Positions 1-9,256 of a stretch of 27,062 bases of DNA are shown one piece after another; within the stretch, counting starts at the first letter, position 1; every line of letters starts with the position of its first letter. A program made the position numbers and the translations under genes. This DNA is from Abditibacteriaceae bacterium (lineage in GTDB: Bacteria; Armatimonadota; Abditibacteriia; Abditibacteriales; Abditibacteriaceae): NCBI GenBank assembly GCA_031425655.1, contig JANPJS010000251.1, positions 1-27,062 of the forward strand, in the 5' to 3' direction. Under the pieces are notes generated by a model. It was given only the letters and a program-made list of their open reading frames with translations. It was not told the DNA's origin and searched no databases.

Positions 1-1
1 C

Positions 2-136
2 GTTGACCGCAACGACCGGCGCGACCTGAGCCTGTTTCGCATCGGCTGGAACTGGCTCGAACGGCTTGTGGCCCAACAAAATCTCCCAAAAGCCCTTGTC
101 CCACTTCATGCCTTACCTAAACTGTCCGGTAGGTAG
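2..136 (+). mobile_element. C-terminal fragment of a probable IS4-family DDE transposase running into the right end of the IS (truncated by window start)
   Basis: Frame 2 reads VDRNDRRDLSLFRIGWNWLERL...KLSGR* with no internal stop. 'DRRDLSLFRIG' and a terminal 'KLSG' resemble IS4-type transposase C-termini whose stop lies in the terminal IR (AAACTGTCCGGTAGGTAG, 119-136). The partner IR is not visible. Confidence 0.65.
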
Positions 137-144
137 ATGAACCT

Positions 145-2106
145 TTAAATTTCGGCCAGAGTAACGCGGTCGCGCCCGGCGGCTTTGGATTGATAGAGCG
201 CGGCGTCGGCGGCCTGCAAAAGCGATTCGCCGCTCGCGCCATGATCGGGAAAACACGCCACGCCAAGCGACAGCGAAATCGGCTCGACCGTTGTGCGCCC
301 GTATTGAATGACAAGGCGCCCAGCGGCTTCGCGTAGTTGCTCGGCCTTTTGACACGCGGCGGCGCTGTCCGCTTCGGGCAGAATCAAGGTGAACTCTTCA
401 CCGCCGTAACGACACGCGATGTCGGCTTTTCGCAGGTGCGAAGCCAGCATCGTCGCCACTTCGCGCAAAACCGCGTCGCCGGCGTCATGGCCGTGCGTGT
501 CGTTGAATTTCTTGAAGAAATCAATGTCCAACATAATCAGTCCGAGCGGCCTACCGGCCCGCGCGGCGCGATTCAATTCGCGCTCCAAACTTTCTTCCAA
601 ATAGCGGCGGTTGAACAAGCCGGTCAGCGGGTCGCGGATGCTTTGGTTACGAAGGCGCTCCTGTAAATGCAGGTTGGCAAGCGCAAGCGAAATCTGCTCG
701 GCGACGGTGCGCGCGAGTTGTTGGCGGTCTTCAGTGAGGTGCTGCGCGTCGCCGGTCATCAAGTGCAAAAGACCCAGCGTTTCGCGTTGCGCGGTTAGCG
801 GCAGGCAAATTGTGCCGCCGGATAGCGCTTCGTTGCCGTGCGCGATGTGCGGACAAATCAATTCGCCGGTTTCGCCGATTTCCACGACGTGCATTCGGTT
901 GCGACGCAGACCCCAGCAATCGTCGGGCGAAAAAAGCAGCTCCGTCGCCACATTTCCCCAACTGATGATGCTTTCCACTTGATCGTGCGCCGGGTCGAAG
1001 CCGCACAGCGCGCCGCTCATGCCGCCAAATAGTTGTTTAATGGTGCGCGCCATGATTTTATAAGCTTCGCTGACGCTGCGGCACGATTGCAAAAGCTCGC
1101 CCATTTCGCCGACAAGGCTCATTTCGCGCGTGCGCCGTTCCAATTCGCCAACCCACGCTTTGAGCTTTTCGTGCGTGTCCTGCAATTCGGCTTCGGCCTG
1201 CTTGCGCTTGGTGATGTCCTGCCACTGCGCTAAAAAATAAAGCGGTTCGCCGCCGTTGTCGCGCACAAGCGACACACTGAGCAGCACCCACGCTTCGCCG
1301 CCGCGCCGCAAATTCAGGCGCCGCTCGACTTCATAAGAAAGAATGTCGCCTTCAAGCATCTGGCGCATTTCTTCCAAATCCTGCCCCAAATCGTCGGGAT
1401 GAATAATGGCCTGAAAATTCGTGGCCAAAAGCTCTTGCGCCGTATAACCCGCGATGCCGCACAGCGAGGGATTAACCGTCAGAAAGTGCCCGTCCAAGCC
1501 CAGCAGCGCCATACCGATGACGGCGTGCTCGAAAGCGTTGCTAAAGCGTTCGTCCATCGTCAAAACGGCGGTTTCTTCTTCGTCTTCGTCAGCAATCGGG
1601 CGCGCGGGTGCGAATCTTCCGAAAGCGTGGCGACGCCATTCGAGTTGCAGCGTGGCCTGGCGCGCAAGGGCCAAAAGCGCCTCGCGCTGCGTGCTGTCCA
1701 ATTCGCGCGGCGCTTCGCCTAAAACCGCAAGCGTGCCAAGCGCGCAGCCGTCGTGCGTGACAAGCGGCGCCCCAGCGTAAAAACGCAGTGTGCGCTCACC
1801 GATAACCAGCGGCGTCAAGCGCGGATCGGCGGCTAAATCGCGCACCTCGAAAAGCTCATCCGAGAGCAAAGCGTGCGCGCAGGGCGCGATTTCGCGCGGC
1901 AATTCGATAATCGGGCAGTTGACGCGCGCTTTGAGAAACGCACGATCTCCGTCCACTAAAGCCAGCCACGCCACATTCGCGTTGCACACTTGCGCGGCCA
2001 AATGCACCGGATCGTCAAATTCGAGTTCGGGCGGCGTATCTAAAATCAAGCATTGCTGCAAAACTTCAAGGCGTTGGATTTCGTTGGAGGGTGAAGGAGC
2101 GCGCAT
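145..2106 (-). CDS. Diguanylate cyclase, GAF-PAS-GAF-GGDEF
   Basis: N-terminal GAF (LDTPPELEFDD...RFYAGAPL), PAS (F..IIHPDD...QDIT), second GAF, then DPLTGLFNRR, DIDFFKKFNDTHGH, RxxD I-site (RKAD) and GGEEF. Confidence 0.95.
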   Translation of the reverse strand: MRAPSPSNEIQRLEVLQQCLILDTPPELEFDDPVHLAAQVCNANVAWLALVDGDRAFLKARVNCPIIELPREIAPCAHALLSDELFEVRDLAADPRLTPLVIGERTLRFYAGAPLVTHDGCALGTLAVLGEAPRELDSTQREALLALARQATLQLEWRRHAFGRFAPARPIADEDEEETAVLTMDERFSNAFEHAVIGMALLGLDGHFLTVNPSLCGIAGYTAQELLATNFQAIIHPDDLGQDLEEMRQMLEGDILSYEVERRLNLRRGGEAWVLLSVSLVRDNGGEPLYFLAQWQDITKRKQAEAELQDTHEKLKAWVGELERRTREMSLVGEMGELLQSCRSVSEAYKIMARTIKQLFGGMSGALCGFDPAHDQVESIISWGNVATELLFSPDDCWGLRRNRMHVVEIGETGELICPHIAHGNEALSGGTICLPLTAQRETLGLLHLMTGDAQHLTEDRQQLARTVAEQISLALANLHLQERLRNQSIRDPLTGLFNRRYLEESLERELNRAARAGRPLGLIMLDIDFFKKFNDTHGHDAGDAVLREVATMLASHLRKADIACRYGGEEFTLILPEADSAAACQKAEQLREAAGRLVIQYGRTTVEPISLSLGVACFPDHGASGESLLQAADAALYQSKAAGRDRVTLAEI

Positions 2107-2113
2107 TTTTTAA

Positions 2114-2224
2114 AGTTGTGAGTTTTAAGTTATGAATTATGAGTCAAGGTGCGCTACGCGGTTTCGTAAACGGCGCGTAGCGCCACTGATTTAACTCAAA
2201 ACTCATAACTTAAAACTCATAACT
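2114..2224. repeat. Fold-back element built of (A/G)AGTT(A/T)T-type heptamer repeats with a GC-rich inner hairpin
   Basis: 31-bp arms 2114-2144 and 2194-2224 are reverse complements with 3 mismatches. The inner stem is GCGCTACGCG (2151-2160) / CGCGTAGCGC (2174-2183). Confidence 0.9.
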
Positions 2225-2234
2225 CACCTCTGGT

Positions 2235-3035
2235 CTATCGCTTAAAAAACATTTCGTAGAGTGTGAGCATCATCTCTAAAACAATCAGCACGACGATATA
2301 CCATTCGACACGCAAGCTGCTTTTGTGCTGCAAAAGATTGAGCACAGTTTCGGCGGTGCGCTCGATGAGATCGAGTTTGCGTTCCAATGCACCGTGACGC
2401 TCGCGCAGCTCATATTCGTCTTCGAGGCGGGCGTAAAGTCGCTCTAATTGCGGTTGTTCCCATAGCGTTTCCGGCTTTTCGGTGACTTCGACAAGGCCGA
2501 CCATGCGATGCTGAATCAGCAGAATTTCGCCGATGTGCGACAATAGTTCGGCATCGTGCTGGCGACCGCGCTTTTCGCCGCGCAAGGTGGCCGCGAACGG
2601 CTCAATGCGCTCGAAAACGCCGGAAATGCTGTCTTCGTAGCGGCTTAGCACGGCACTTTTGGCTAAAACATCGGCCACGATTTGCAGATGCTCGATGCTG
2701 AATTCGCGCAAGCGAATCACGCCGCCTTGCACGCGCTCGCTGCCCTCGGCGTCAATTTGCAGGTCGTTTTCTTCGATTTCCGGTTCGTCGAACGCTTCTT
2801 TGAGCAACGGCTTCAGATGCGATAAAAAACCGACCTCCTCAACCGGAGTAAGATTGAATAACACCACCGCGCCATAACGAAAGAGAACCGCGACGCCGCG
2901 TTCGCCGGCAGCGACGGTTAAAGGAAATCCCGCCAAACGGTCGGTGGTTTCGAGCGAACGCAAATCGAGATGCTCGCCAACCAGCAGGGCGCGGGCGCGA
3001 ATACGGTTTTTGCCGTCTAAAAGATGGGTTTGCAT
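2235..3035 (-). CDS. RMD1/YagE family (DUF155) protein
   Basis: Motifs VLFRYGAVVLFN, PETLWEQPQLERLYARLEDEYEL.ER...LERKL and SLRVEWYIVVLI. Start placed at ATG 3035 (MQTHLL). Confidence 0.9.
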   Translation of the reverse strand: MQTHLLDGKNRIRARALLVGEHLDLRSLETTDRLAGFPLTVAAGERGVAVLFRYGAVVLFNLTPVEEVGFLSHLKPLLKEAFDEPEIEENDLQIDAEGSERVQGGVIRLREFSIEHLQIVADVLAKSAVLSRYEDSISGVFERIEPFAATLRGEKRGRQHDAELLSHIGEILLIQHRMVGLVEVTEKPETLWEQPQLERLYARLEDEYELRERHGALERKLDLIERTAETVLNLLQHKSSLRVEWYIVVLIVLEMMLTLYEMFFKR

Positions 3036-3086
3036 AAACGGTCGCCTGTGGGCGATACGCATTTATTATGGCACGGAGCGCAAAGC

Positions 3087-3617
3087 ATGGCCGAGTTAAT
3101 CAACGCATTTTTCGACGAATTGAGCGCCGGTTGGCCCGACGCGCACGGTTTCGCGCGCGTGGTGATTCGCCTGACGCTGGCCCTACTTTTATCGGCGATT
3201 ATCGGCTGGGAGCGCGAACGCGAAGGCAAAGCCGCCGGGCTTCGCACGCATATGTTGGTGGCTTTGGGCGCGGCGATGTTTGTTCAGGCGGCGCAGGAAA
3301 ACGGTGCTTCGCCCGACGATATGACGCGCGTGGTGCAAGGCATCGCAACCGGCATCGGTTTTATGGGCGGCGGCGTGATTTTGCAATTAGTCGCCGAGCG
3401 CCGCGTCAAAGGCCTGACCACTGCCGCCGGTCTGTGGCTGACGGCTGCCATCGGCGTTTCTGCCGGTCTGGGGCGCTTCACAACCGCCGTTTTAGGCACC
3501 GCATTGTGCTGGATGGTTTTGGAAATTTTTCATCGCATCGAAAAACACCAAATCCGGCAGCAACCAGACAGAGATGAGAACGCGGATAATTCGACGGGAG
3601 GCACCTATTTATTATAA
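3087..3617 (+). CDS. MgtC/SapB family membrane protein
   Basis: Motifs IGWERE, AAGLRTHMLVALGAA, GIGFMGGGVI and GLTTAAGLW. ATG at 3087. Confidence 0.93.
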   Translation: MAELINAFFDELSAGWPDAHGFARVVIRLTLALLLSAIIGWEREREGKAAGLRTHMLVALGAAMFVQAAQENGASPDDMTRVVQGIATGIGFMGGGVILQLVAERRVKGLTTAAGLWLTAAIGVSAGLGRFTTAVLGTALCWMVLEIFHRIEKHQIRQQPDRDENADNSTGGTYLL

Positions 3618-3844
3618 AGCTGCTTCCCAAACTCTGACTTAGGGAATTTTGCGCGCTCTGATTTGAGCCATGCCCGCACTTTGGGGTCGGACATATTCAG
3701 CTTCGGCGCTACCGGCTTTCCGCCGACAATCGGCTGAGATGCGCGTGCTCGCTCACGGGCACGCGCAAAAAACGGATACAACAAAAAGCAAAGTCCAACG
3801 CACAAGAGACAGCCTAAAATCCAGAAGCGCAGCAAACGGGGCAT
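3605..3844 (-). CDS. Small membrane-anchored hypothetical protein with a prepilin/DUF1559-like 'YPFFARARERAR' motif
   Basis: ATG with GGAAGGAG upstream, a hydrophobic helix, then LLYPFFARARERARAS. Overlaps the mgtC-like 3' end by 13 nt. Confidence 0.6.
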   Translation of the reverse strand: MPRLLRFWILGCLLCVGLCFLLYPFFARARERARASQPIVGGKPVAPKLNMSDPKVRAWLKSERAKFPKSEFGKQLYNK

Positions 3845-3979
3845 GGGAGTCTCCTTCCTATACGAAGTAATCCGCGATTAATTTTAACAGTATGGAACGC
3901 AGCGTTTACGTTGCCTGTTGAGCCACAAATGCGGTTAAATCAAGTCTCACAAGCAAGCATTTACTCGAAGAGGAATCTC

Positions 3980-5011
3980 ATGCCCCATTCACCGATTCGC
4001 ACCGCCGTCATTGGCTACGGCTTCGCCGGACGCAGTTTTCACGCTTATTTAGTTGGCCTGACGCCGGGTTTGCAGTTGCACGGCATCGCGTCACGCAATG
4101 CCGAAACGCGAGAGAAAATTCTCGCGCGCGGCGATTGCAAAGCCTATGAGAGCTTCGATCAGGCCATTGCCGACGCCGATGTGGATTTAGTCGTCATCGC
4201 CTCGCCGAACGACCAACACGCGCCGCAAGCCATCGCCGCGCTGCGCGCCGGAAAACACGTCGTGGTAGACAAGCCGATGTGCCTTTCGGTCGCCGATTGC
4301 GATGCCATGATCGCCGCTTCGCAAAGCAGCGGCAAATTACTGACGGTTTTTCACAATCGCCGCTGGGACGGCGATTTTCAAACCGCCCAGAAAGTGATGA
4401 ACGACGGACGGCTGGGCGAAGTGAAGTGGATTGAATTGAACTGGGGCCGCTGGGGCGCGTATCGCAGTTGGCGCGGCCAAAAAGCCAGCGGCGGCGGGCG
4501 TTTCTGGGATTTAGGCGCGCATTTGCTCGACCAAATGCTGATTTTCTACAAGGATTACGCGCCGCAAAGCGTTTATCTGCGCAAGCAATACGATTTCAGC
4601 GACGCCGACGTAGAAAGCGAAGCGATGTGCGTGCTGACTTTCGAGGGCAACCGCACCGGCATCATTGACACGTCCAGCGTTATGGCGGTCGCCAAGCCGC
4701 GCTTTTATTTGCGCGGCCTGCAAGCAACGTTTCAAAAGTTCGGCGTTGACCCGCAGGAAAAGCACATGATCGAAGGCGACATTGACGCCGCCCGCGAAGA
4801 CGCGGAGCTTTTCGGCATCATCGGCGACGGACACAGCGAAACGCGCGTGCCGACAATGCCGGGCCGTTGGCGCAGCTTTTACGAAAACGTCGCCCTTGCC
4901 ATCAATGGCGAGGCCGAACTGGCTGTCAAACCCGAACAAGTGCGCCGCGCTTTGGTTATTTTCGAGGCCGCACTGAAGTCGGAGCAGGAAAACCAAGTCG
5001 TGCAGTTGTAA
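3980..5011 (+). CDS. Gfo/Idh/MocA family oxidoreductase
   Basis: AVIGYGFAG Rossmann motif, GKHVVVDKPM, HNRRWD and DLGAHLLD. GAGGA SD before ATG 3980. Confidence 0.95.
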   Translation: MPHSPIRTAVIGYGFAGRSFHAYLVGLTPGLQLHGIASRNAETREKILARGDCKAYESFDQAIADADVDLVVIASPNDQHAPQAIAALRAGKHVVVDKPMCLSVADCDAMIAASQSSGKLLTVFHNRRWDGDFQTAQKVMNDGRLGEVKWIELNWGRWGAYRSWRGQKASGGGRFWDLGAHLLDQMLIFYKDYAPQSVYLRKQYDFSDADVESEAMCVLTFEGNRTGIIDTSSVMAVAKPRFYLRGLQATFQKFGVDPQEKHMIEGDIDAAREDAELFGIIGDGHSETRVPTMPGRWRSFYENVALAINGEAELAVKPEQVRRALVIFEAALKSEQENQVVQL

Positions 5012-5012
5012 A

Positions 5013-5121
5013 GAAACCCCCACCTAACCTCCCCCGTTGGGGAGGAATAGGTTATTTCAACGCACTATTGGCTTGAGAAACATAAATTCCTCCCCAACGG
5101 GGGAGGTTAGGTGGGGGTTTC
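5013..5121. repeat. REPIN/MITE-like element: perfect 36-bp inverted repeats, each containing its own small hairpin
   Basis: GAAACCCCCACCTAACCTCCCCCGTTGGGGAGGAAT (5013-5048) is the exact reverse complement of 5086-5121, with a 37-nt spacer. Confidence 0.92.
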
Positions 5122-5145
5122 GCTCGATTTGGCGACAGAAAACAG

Positions 5146-5176
5146 AACGGCGCGAATCCAATGGATTCGCGCCGTT
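5146..5176 (-). terminator. Palindromic hairpin, probable intrinsic terminator of the delta-60 repeat gene (copy 1 of 2)
   Basis: AACGGCGCGAATCCA-A-TGGATTCGCGCCGTT, followed on the minus strand by CTGTTTTCTG. Confidence 0.7.
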
Positions 5177-5192
5177 GTGCTTTTGCGCTTGA

Positions 5193-7949
5193 CTATTGAG
5201 CGTTATCGTCGTTAATAATGGAACTTGTTGCTTGCGACTCGCGCAGAGTGACATTCACGGGACTACTCAAATTGAGCAGGACAGTTTCATCACCTTCCGG
5301 CAATGTATCGCCGTTTACAACGAGCATTAACTGCTTTTCGATTTGGCCGGGCAGAAATGTCAACGTCCCGCCTTTAGCGACGTAATCACTGCCGGAGGTT
5401 GCGGTTCCATTCGCAGTGGCATAACGCACCGTGATGGTTGCCAAACTGGGCGCCGAAAGCGTAATTGTAAACGGCACGGTGACCGTGCCGGAGTTGCCTT
5501 CCAAAGCTGATGAGCCGCTTACAGTCATTTCCGGCGTGTCTACGATCCGCGCTAAGGCGAAATCGTCATCGCCGTTAGCGTCGCTGACGCCGCCCATCAC
5601 CATGCGCCCCGCCTTGTCTAAAGCTATGGGATTGGCATGATCAATTCCACCGAAATTCACCGAAAAGAAACCTCCAACCCCGAAGGTCGTATCAAGGCGC
5701 CCATCGGAGCGCACGCGCGCCATTTTAAAGTCGTCTTTGGCATAGACGTTGGCCCAGATGCGTCCAAATTTATCCACGACCAAAGCGCCAAAGGCGCGGC
5801 CTTGCGTGGTTGGCACCAATAATTTGCCGTTGTTGAAACTGGTATCCAAGCTGCCGTTGGCGTTCAGTCGCACCAGCGCCGCCGAAGCGTTATAAAAGTT
5901 GGCGCGGATACCATTAAATGGAGGCTCACTATAGCCCCCGACTAAGATTTTCCCGTCCGGCGCCACAGCCAAACTCCACGGCTCCTCAGTTTTCCCCAGA
6001 TCAATAATGGCTTTGCCGTCTTTGCCGAAAGTGGAATCCACAGTGCCGTTCGCATTTAAGCGCACAACGCCAAAGTTACCACTCTCAGACACCGTAAAGA
6101 CAAAACGCCCTTCGTTATCCGGCACCATTTTGTTGGCTTTATCAAGTTCGGTTAAACGCCGGAAGCCGGGCAGAAAGGAGTTGTCGCCAAAGCTGGTATC
6201 GGCGCTGCCGTTGCTGTTGAAGCGTGCGATAACCCCGCGCATTCCCACCACGATTTTGCCGTCCGGCAGGAGCGCTGCTCCATTGGGATACAGAGCATAT
6301 GGATAGCTCCCCAACTTTGAATAGACGATTCTACCGCCCTGTCCAAAGGAAGTATCGGGACTTCCATTGCTGTTGAAGCGCGCCATCACCAAGCGGTCGA
6401 GACCATCATCACGCACGCCGCCAACAGTGAGAATGCGTCCCGCGCCATCAATCAGCAACTTGACGGCTGGAAAATAATTGAGTGAGCTGCTTAAAACTTT
6501 GCCGCCGTTTCCAAAGGAAGTATCCAGCTTGCCGTCAGGTAGGTAACGCGCCATCCCGGTGTAATAGTCAGGGTAGGCCGTAGACCCTCCAGCTACGACG
6601 ATCTTCCCTCCGTTATCAATGGCGAGGGCTGAAATACTATCCAATAAAGCCGCGGCGCCTTTAACAATACCACCGCTCCACTGAGCGTCCAGTGCCCCGC
6701 CAGAGTTAAGGCGCGCAAACGACAGCCCGCTATTAACTATGGCGCGTCCATCGCGTTGCACCAAAAACGCAGTGAGATAAAGGCCCACCGATGGAGGCAA
6801 GTCCACCTTGCCATCGCCGCCAAAGTTAGAATCCAGTGTGCCGTTGGGAGCAAAGCGGGCCAAACGGATGTGAGCATTCTGAGGGGGATCAGCGGTTGTA
6901 TCGTAGGCCACAGCAGCTATTGTTACCGTGCCGTTGGGCGCAATGGAAGACCGATAGCTGTCGTGGTTATTAGCAAATTCGCCTAAAGTGACCTCGCTAT
7001 AACCGTCGTTGCCAAAAGTATGGCGGCGGTTGCCGGATTCCGTATACCGGATCTGCACAAACATTTCCGACGGCCAAGTTCTCTTGCCTGTGACGGCAAT
7101 GTTCCCATTGTCAAGAACAGCTACCTGCGAATTTGGAGTCACATAGGTCGAGGTATCATAGACCAGGCCGGTGCCGGCAAAACTTGTATCTAAACTTCCG
7201 TTATAATTGAGGCGCGCCAACGCCAGTCCTTGTCCTGAACCGGCCAGTAAAATACGACCTTGGCCGTCTATAGCTACATCTGTGCATGGATTAAGGGGAG
7301 GCACGAGCCTGCCATCGCCGTCGAAAGTCGTGTCGAGGCCGCCGTTAGGTCTGAGGCGCATGACAAATGGCCCCGGCTGATAGCTATTAGGATTAGTGTT
7401 GCCCGTCACCAAAATACGATTATTCTGGTCAATGGCTACGGAGGAAGGTCTGACATCACTTGCGCCTCCCATATCAATTTTCATCCAGCCATCGCCGCTA
7501 AAAGTGGTGTCTAAGGTGCCATCGCTATTGACGCGCGCCACCAGCAGATAAGCCAGAAAATAAGAAGCCGCATTGTAACCGACCACGACGATTTTTCCAT
7601 TGGCATCAATAACGGCGCGCGTCGCAAAATCAGCGTCAGCAAGAGTCAACACGACTTTGCCGTCGCCGCCAAAAGTCGTGTCAAGGGTGCCATTGGTATT
7701 GAAGCGCATCAATGCCATGTGAGAACCCGTATAGCCGACGGCCACAATTTTCCCATCGCCCTGCTCCACCATTGCAGCAGTGTCAATAAACGATGTGCCG
7801 CCACTCATATCCGTCAAAACCTTGCCGTCTTCGTCGAAAGAAGCATCTAACGTGGCCGCCAAAGCCGGATGTATCACCAAAAAGACAATGCAAATCACTA
7901 ACGGAATCCAGCTTTTGCCATGCTTACGTATTAATGTCATTGGTAACAT
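5193..7949 (-). CDS. Secreted delta-60 repeat (beta-propeller) protein with a C-terminal Calx-beta domain
   Basis: Signal peptide (...IHPALAA). More than a dozen 'R(F/L)NxDGxLDTxFGxxG' repeats with 'DGKIVVxG'. The C-terminus EGNSGT..VPFTITLS...YATANGTATSGSDY..GTLTF.PG....DETV.LNLS...IINDD matches Calx-beta. Confidence 0.9.
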   Translation of the reverse strand: MLPMTLIRKHGKSWIPLVICIVFLVIHPALAATLDASFDEDGKVLTDMSGGTSFIDTAAMVEQGDGKIVAVGYTGSHMALMRFNTNGTLDTTFGGDGKVVLTLADADFATRAVIDANGKIVVVGYNAASYFLAYLLVARVNSDGTLDTTFSGDGWMKIDMGGASDVRPSSVAIDQNNRILVTGNTNPNSYQPGPFVMRLRPNGGLDTTFDGDGRLVPPLNPCTDVAIDGQGRILLAGSGQGLALARLNYNGSLDTSFAGTGLVYDTSTYVTPNSQVAVLDNGNIAVTGKRTWPSEMFVQIRYTESGNRRHTFGNDGYSEVTLGEFANNHDSYRSSIAPNGTVTIAAVAYDTTADPPQNAHIRLARFAPNGTLDSNFGGDGKVDLPPSVGLYLTAFLVQRDGRAIVNSGLSFARLNSGGALDAQWSGGIVKGAAALLDSISALAIDNGGKIVVAGGSTAYPDYYTGMARYLPDGKLDTSFGNGGKVLSSSLNYFPAVKLLIDGAGRILTVGGVRDDGLDRLVMARFNSNGSPDTSFGQGGRIVYSKLGSYPYALYPNGAALLPDGKIVVGMRGVIARFNSNGSADTSFGDNSFLPGFRRLTELDKANKMVPDNEGRFVFTVSESGNFGVVRLNANGTVDSTFGKDGKAIIDLGKTEEPWSLAVAPDGKILVGGYSEPPFNGIRANFYNASAALVRLNANGSLDTSFNNGKLLVPTTQGRAFGALVVDKFGRIWANVYAKDDFKMARVRSDGRLDTTFGVGGFFSVNFGGIDHANPIALDKAGRMVMGGVSDANGDDDFALARIVDTPEMTVSGSSALEGNSGTVTVPFTITLSAPSLATITVRYATANGTATSGSDYVAKGGTLTFLPGQIEKQLMLVVNGDTLPEGDETVLLNLSSPVNVTLRESQATSSIINDDNAQ

Positions 7950-7999
7950 AAAAACCTCTTACTGTTAAATATAAACCAAATTGGCACAGTCACAAACAC

Positions 8000-8030
8000 A
8001 ACGGCGCGAATCCGATGGATTCGCGCCGTT
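8000..8030 (-). terminator. Palindromic hairpin, probable terminator of the PhyH gene (copy 2 of 2)
   Basis: AACGGCGCGAATCC-GAT-GGATTCGCGCCGTT, 30/31 identical to 5146-5176. Followed on the minus strand by GTGTTTGTG. Confidence 0.7.
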
Positions 8031-8057
8031 TGGCCGGTCGCTTACGCTCGCGGTTCG

Positions 8058-8077
8058 TTTTCATCCTTCATCCTTCA
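8058..8077. repeat. Solitary TTCATCC heptamer tract (half element) overlapping the PhyH stop codon
   Basis: TTTTCATCCTTCATCCTTCA uses the same unit as the arms at 12122-12226. Confidence 0.6.
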
Positions 8078-9214
8078 ATACCCGCCGTTATCGTCGTGGT
8101 CGTCTTTCTGGTTTGGGTCGGAGGGCATTTCGCCCATGAGGCCGCTGTCCATATCGCCCATCATCGCGGTTGCCCATTCCCTTGCGCGACTGCGTTCTTC
8201 AGGCGAAAGCAGCGCGGCGCAGGGCGTTCCGAAACGCGGGCGCGCAAACGGCAAATGCGTTTCGCCGCGCGCTAAAATATGGCTGCCGTTAGTCATACGC
8301 GTCGCGGGGTCAACGCTGGGCGAAGCGTGCGGGTCGTCGGACGGCGCATCGGCGCCCCATTGCGTGAAAGAGCGCGCGTTGCAATAGTGGCTCACGAAAG
8401 AGCGGCGAAAACGGTCGGTTGACCAGTTTTCTTTCGAGCGATGCAAAACGTGGCCGCCGAAAAACACCACGTCGCCGGCTTTAGCACTCACCAAAAGCTG
8501 CGGATACCCGTCGGCGATTTTCGCCAGATCGTTTTCCTCGTCGTTCGGATTGCTGACGCCGCCAACGTGCGCGATGTCATGCAAATCGCGGTCGCCGTGC
8601 CCGTAACCGGCTTTGGGCGGGTAAACCGGCTCCGCGTTGCTGCCCGCTGCGAACCACATCGCGCCGTTTTGCTCGTCGCAGTCGTCAATGGCGATCCACG
8701 CGCCGCACAGCGAATCGGGGTGCGTCGGAATATAAAACGTGTCCTGATGCCAGCCCTGCCCCGGTTTGCCCGGTGGCTTGAGAAACAGCATGGTTTGCAT
8801 CGCCAAAACGTCCGGCCCGATGATGGCCTCCAGCACGTCCAGCACGCGCGGATGCAACATATAACGCTCGTGCAGCGCCAACTTGCGGTGCAGCATATGA
8901 ATCCGCAGAAAATATTGCGCTTTTTCGACCGGCGAAAGATGCGCGGGCGGCGCTTCCAAACCTTGCCCGGTGGTGCCGGTGTCTTTTCCGGTATCGCGCT
9001 CGCTCATCTGCGATTGCTGTTCAGGCAACTGTCCCTGCATCAAATCTTCGGTGTGCTGGCGCAACTCGGCGATTTCTTCGGGCGAAACCAAACCGCGCAC
9101 CACGAGAAATCCCTGACGGCGAAACGCGCGGTATTCTTCGACAGACACGCGATAACGGTCGGCGCGGGCGATTTCGGTTTCAATAGCGTTTTTTGATGTG
9201 TTTGTCGTGGACAT
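8075..9214 (-). CDS. Phytanoyl-CoA dioxygenase (PhyH) family Fe(II)/2-oxoglutarate dioxygenase
   Basis: FRRQGFLVVRGL, the HxD motif (GWHQD), AWIAIDD....NG, AGDVVFF...LHRS and RRSF. Confidence 0.92.
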   Translation of the reverse strand: MSTTNTSKNAIETEIARADRYRVSVEEYRAFRRQGFLVVRGLVSPEEIAELRQHTEDLMQGQLPEQQSQMSERDTGKDTGTTGQGLEAPPAHLSPVEKAQYFLRIHMLHRKLALHERYMLHPRVLDVLEAIIGPDVLAMQTMLFLKPPGKPGQGWHQDTFYIPTHPDSLCGAWIAIDDCDEQNGAMWFAAGSNAEPVYPPKAGYGHGDRDLHDIAHVGGVSNPNDEENDLAKIADGYPQLLVSAKAGDVVFFGGHVLHRSKENWSTDRFRRSFVSHYCNARSFTQWGADAPSDDPHASPSVDPATRMTNGSHILARGETHLPFARPRFGTPCAALLSPEERSRAREWATAMMGDMDSGLMGEMPSDPNQKDDHDDNGGY

Positions 9215-9256
9215 AAGGTGTTCCTGATTCCCATTTTAAATGGATTTACATAGTTG

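Noticed and set aside
5193..7949. Internal DNA repeats of the delta-60 gene as a DGR template/variable repeat pair
   Set aside because: The similarity is at the protein level and degenerate. No adenine-specific mismatch pair was seen and there is no reverse transcriptase in the window.
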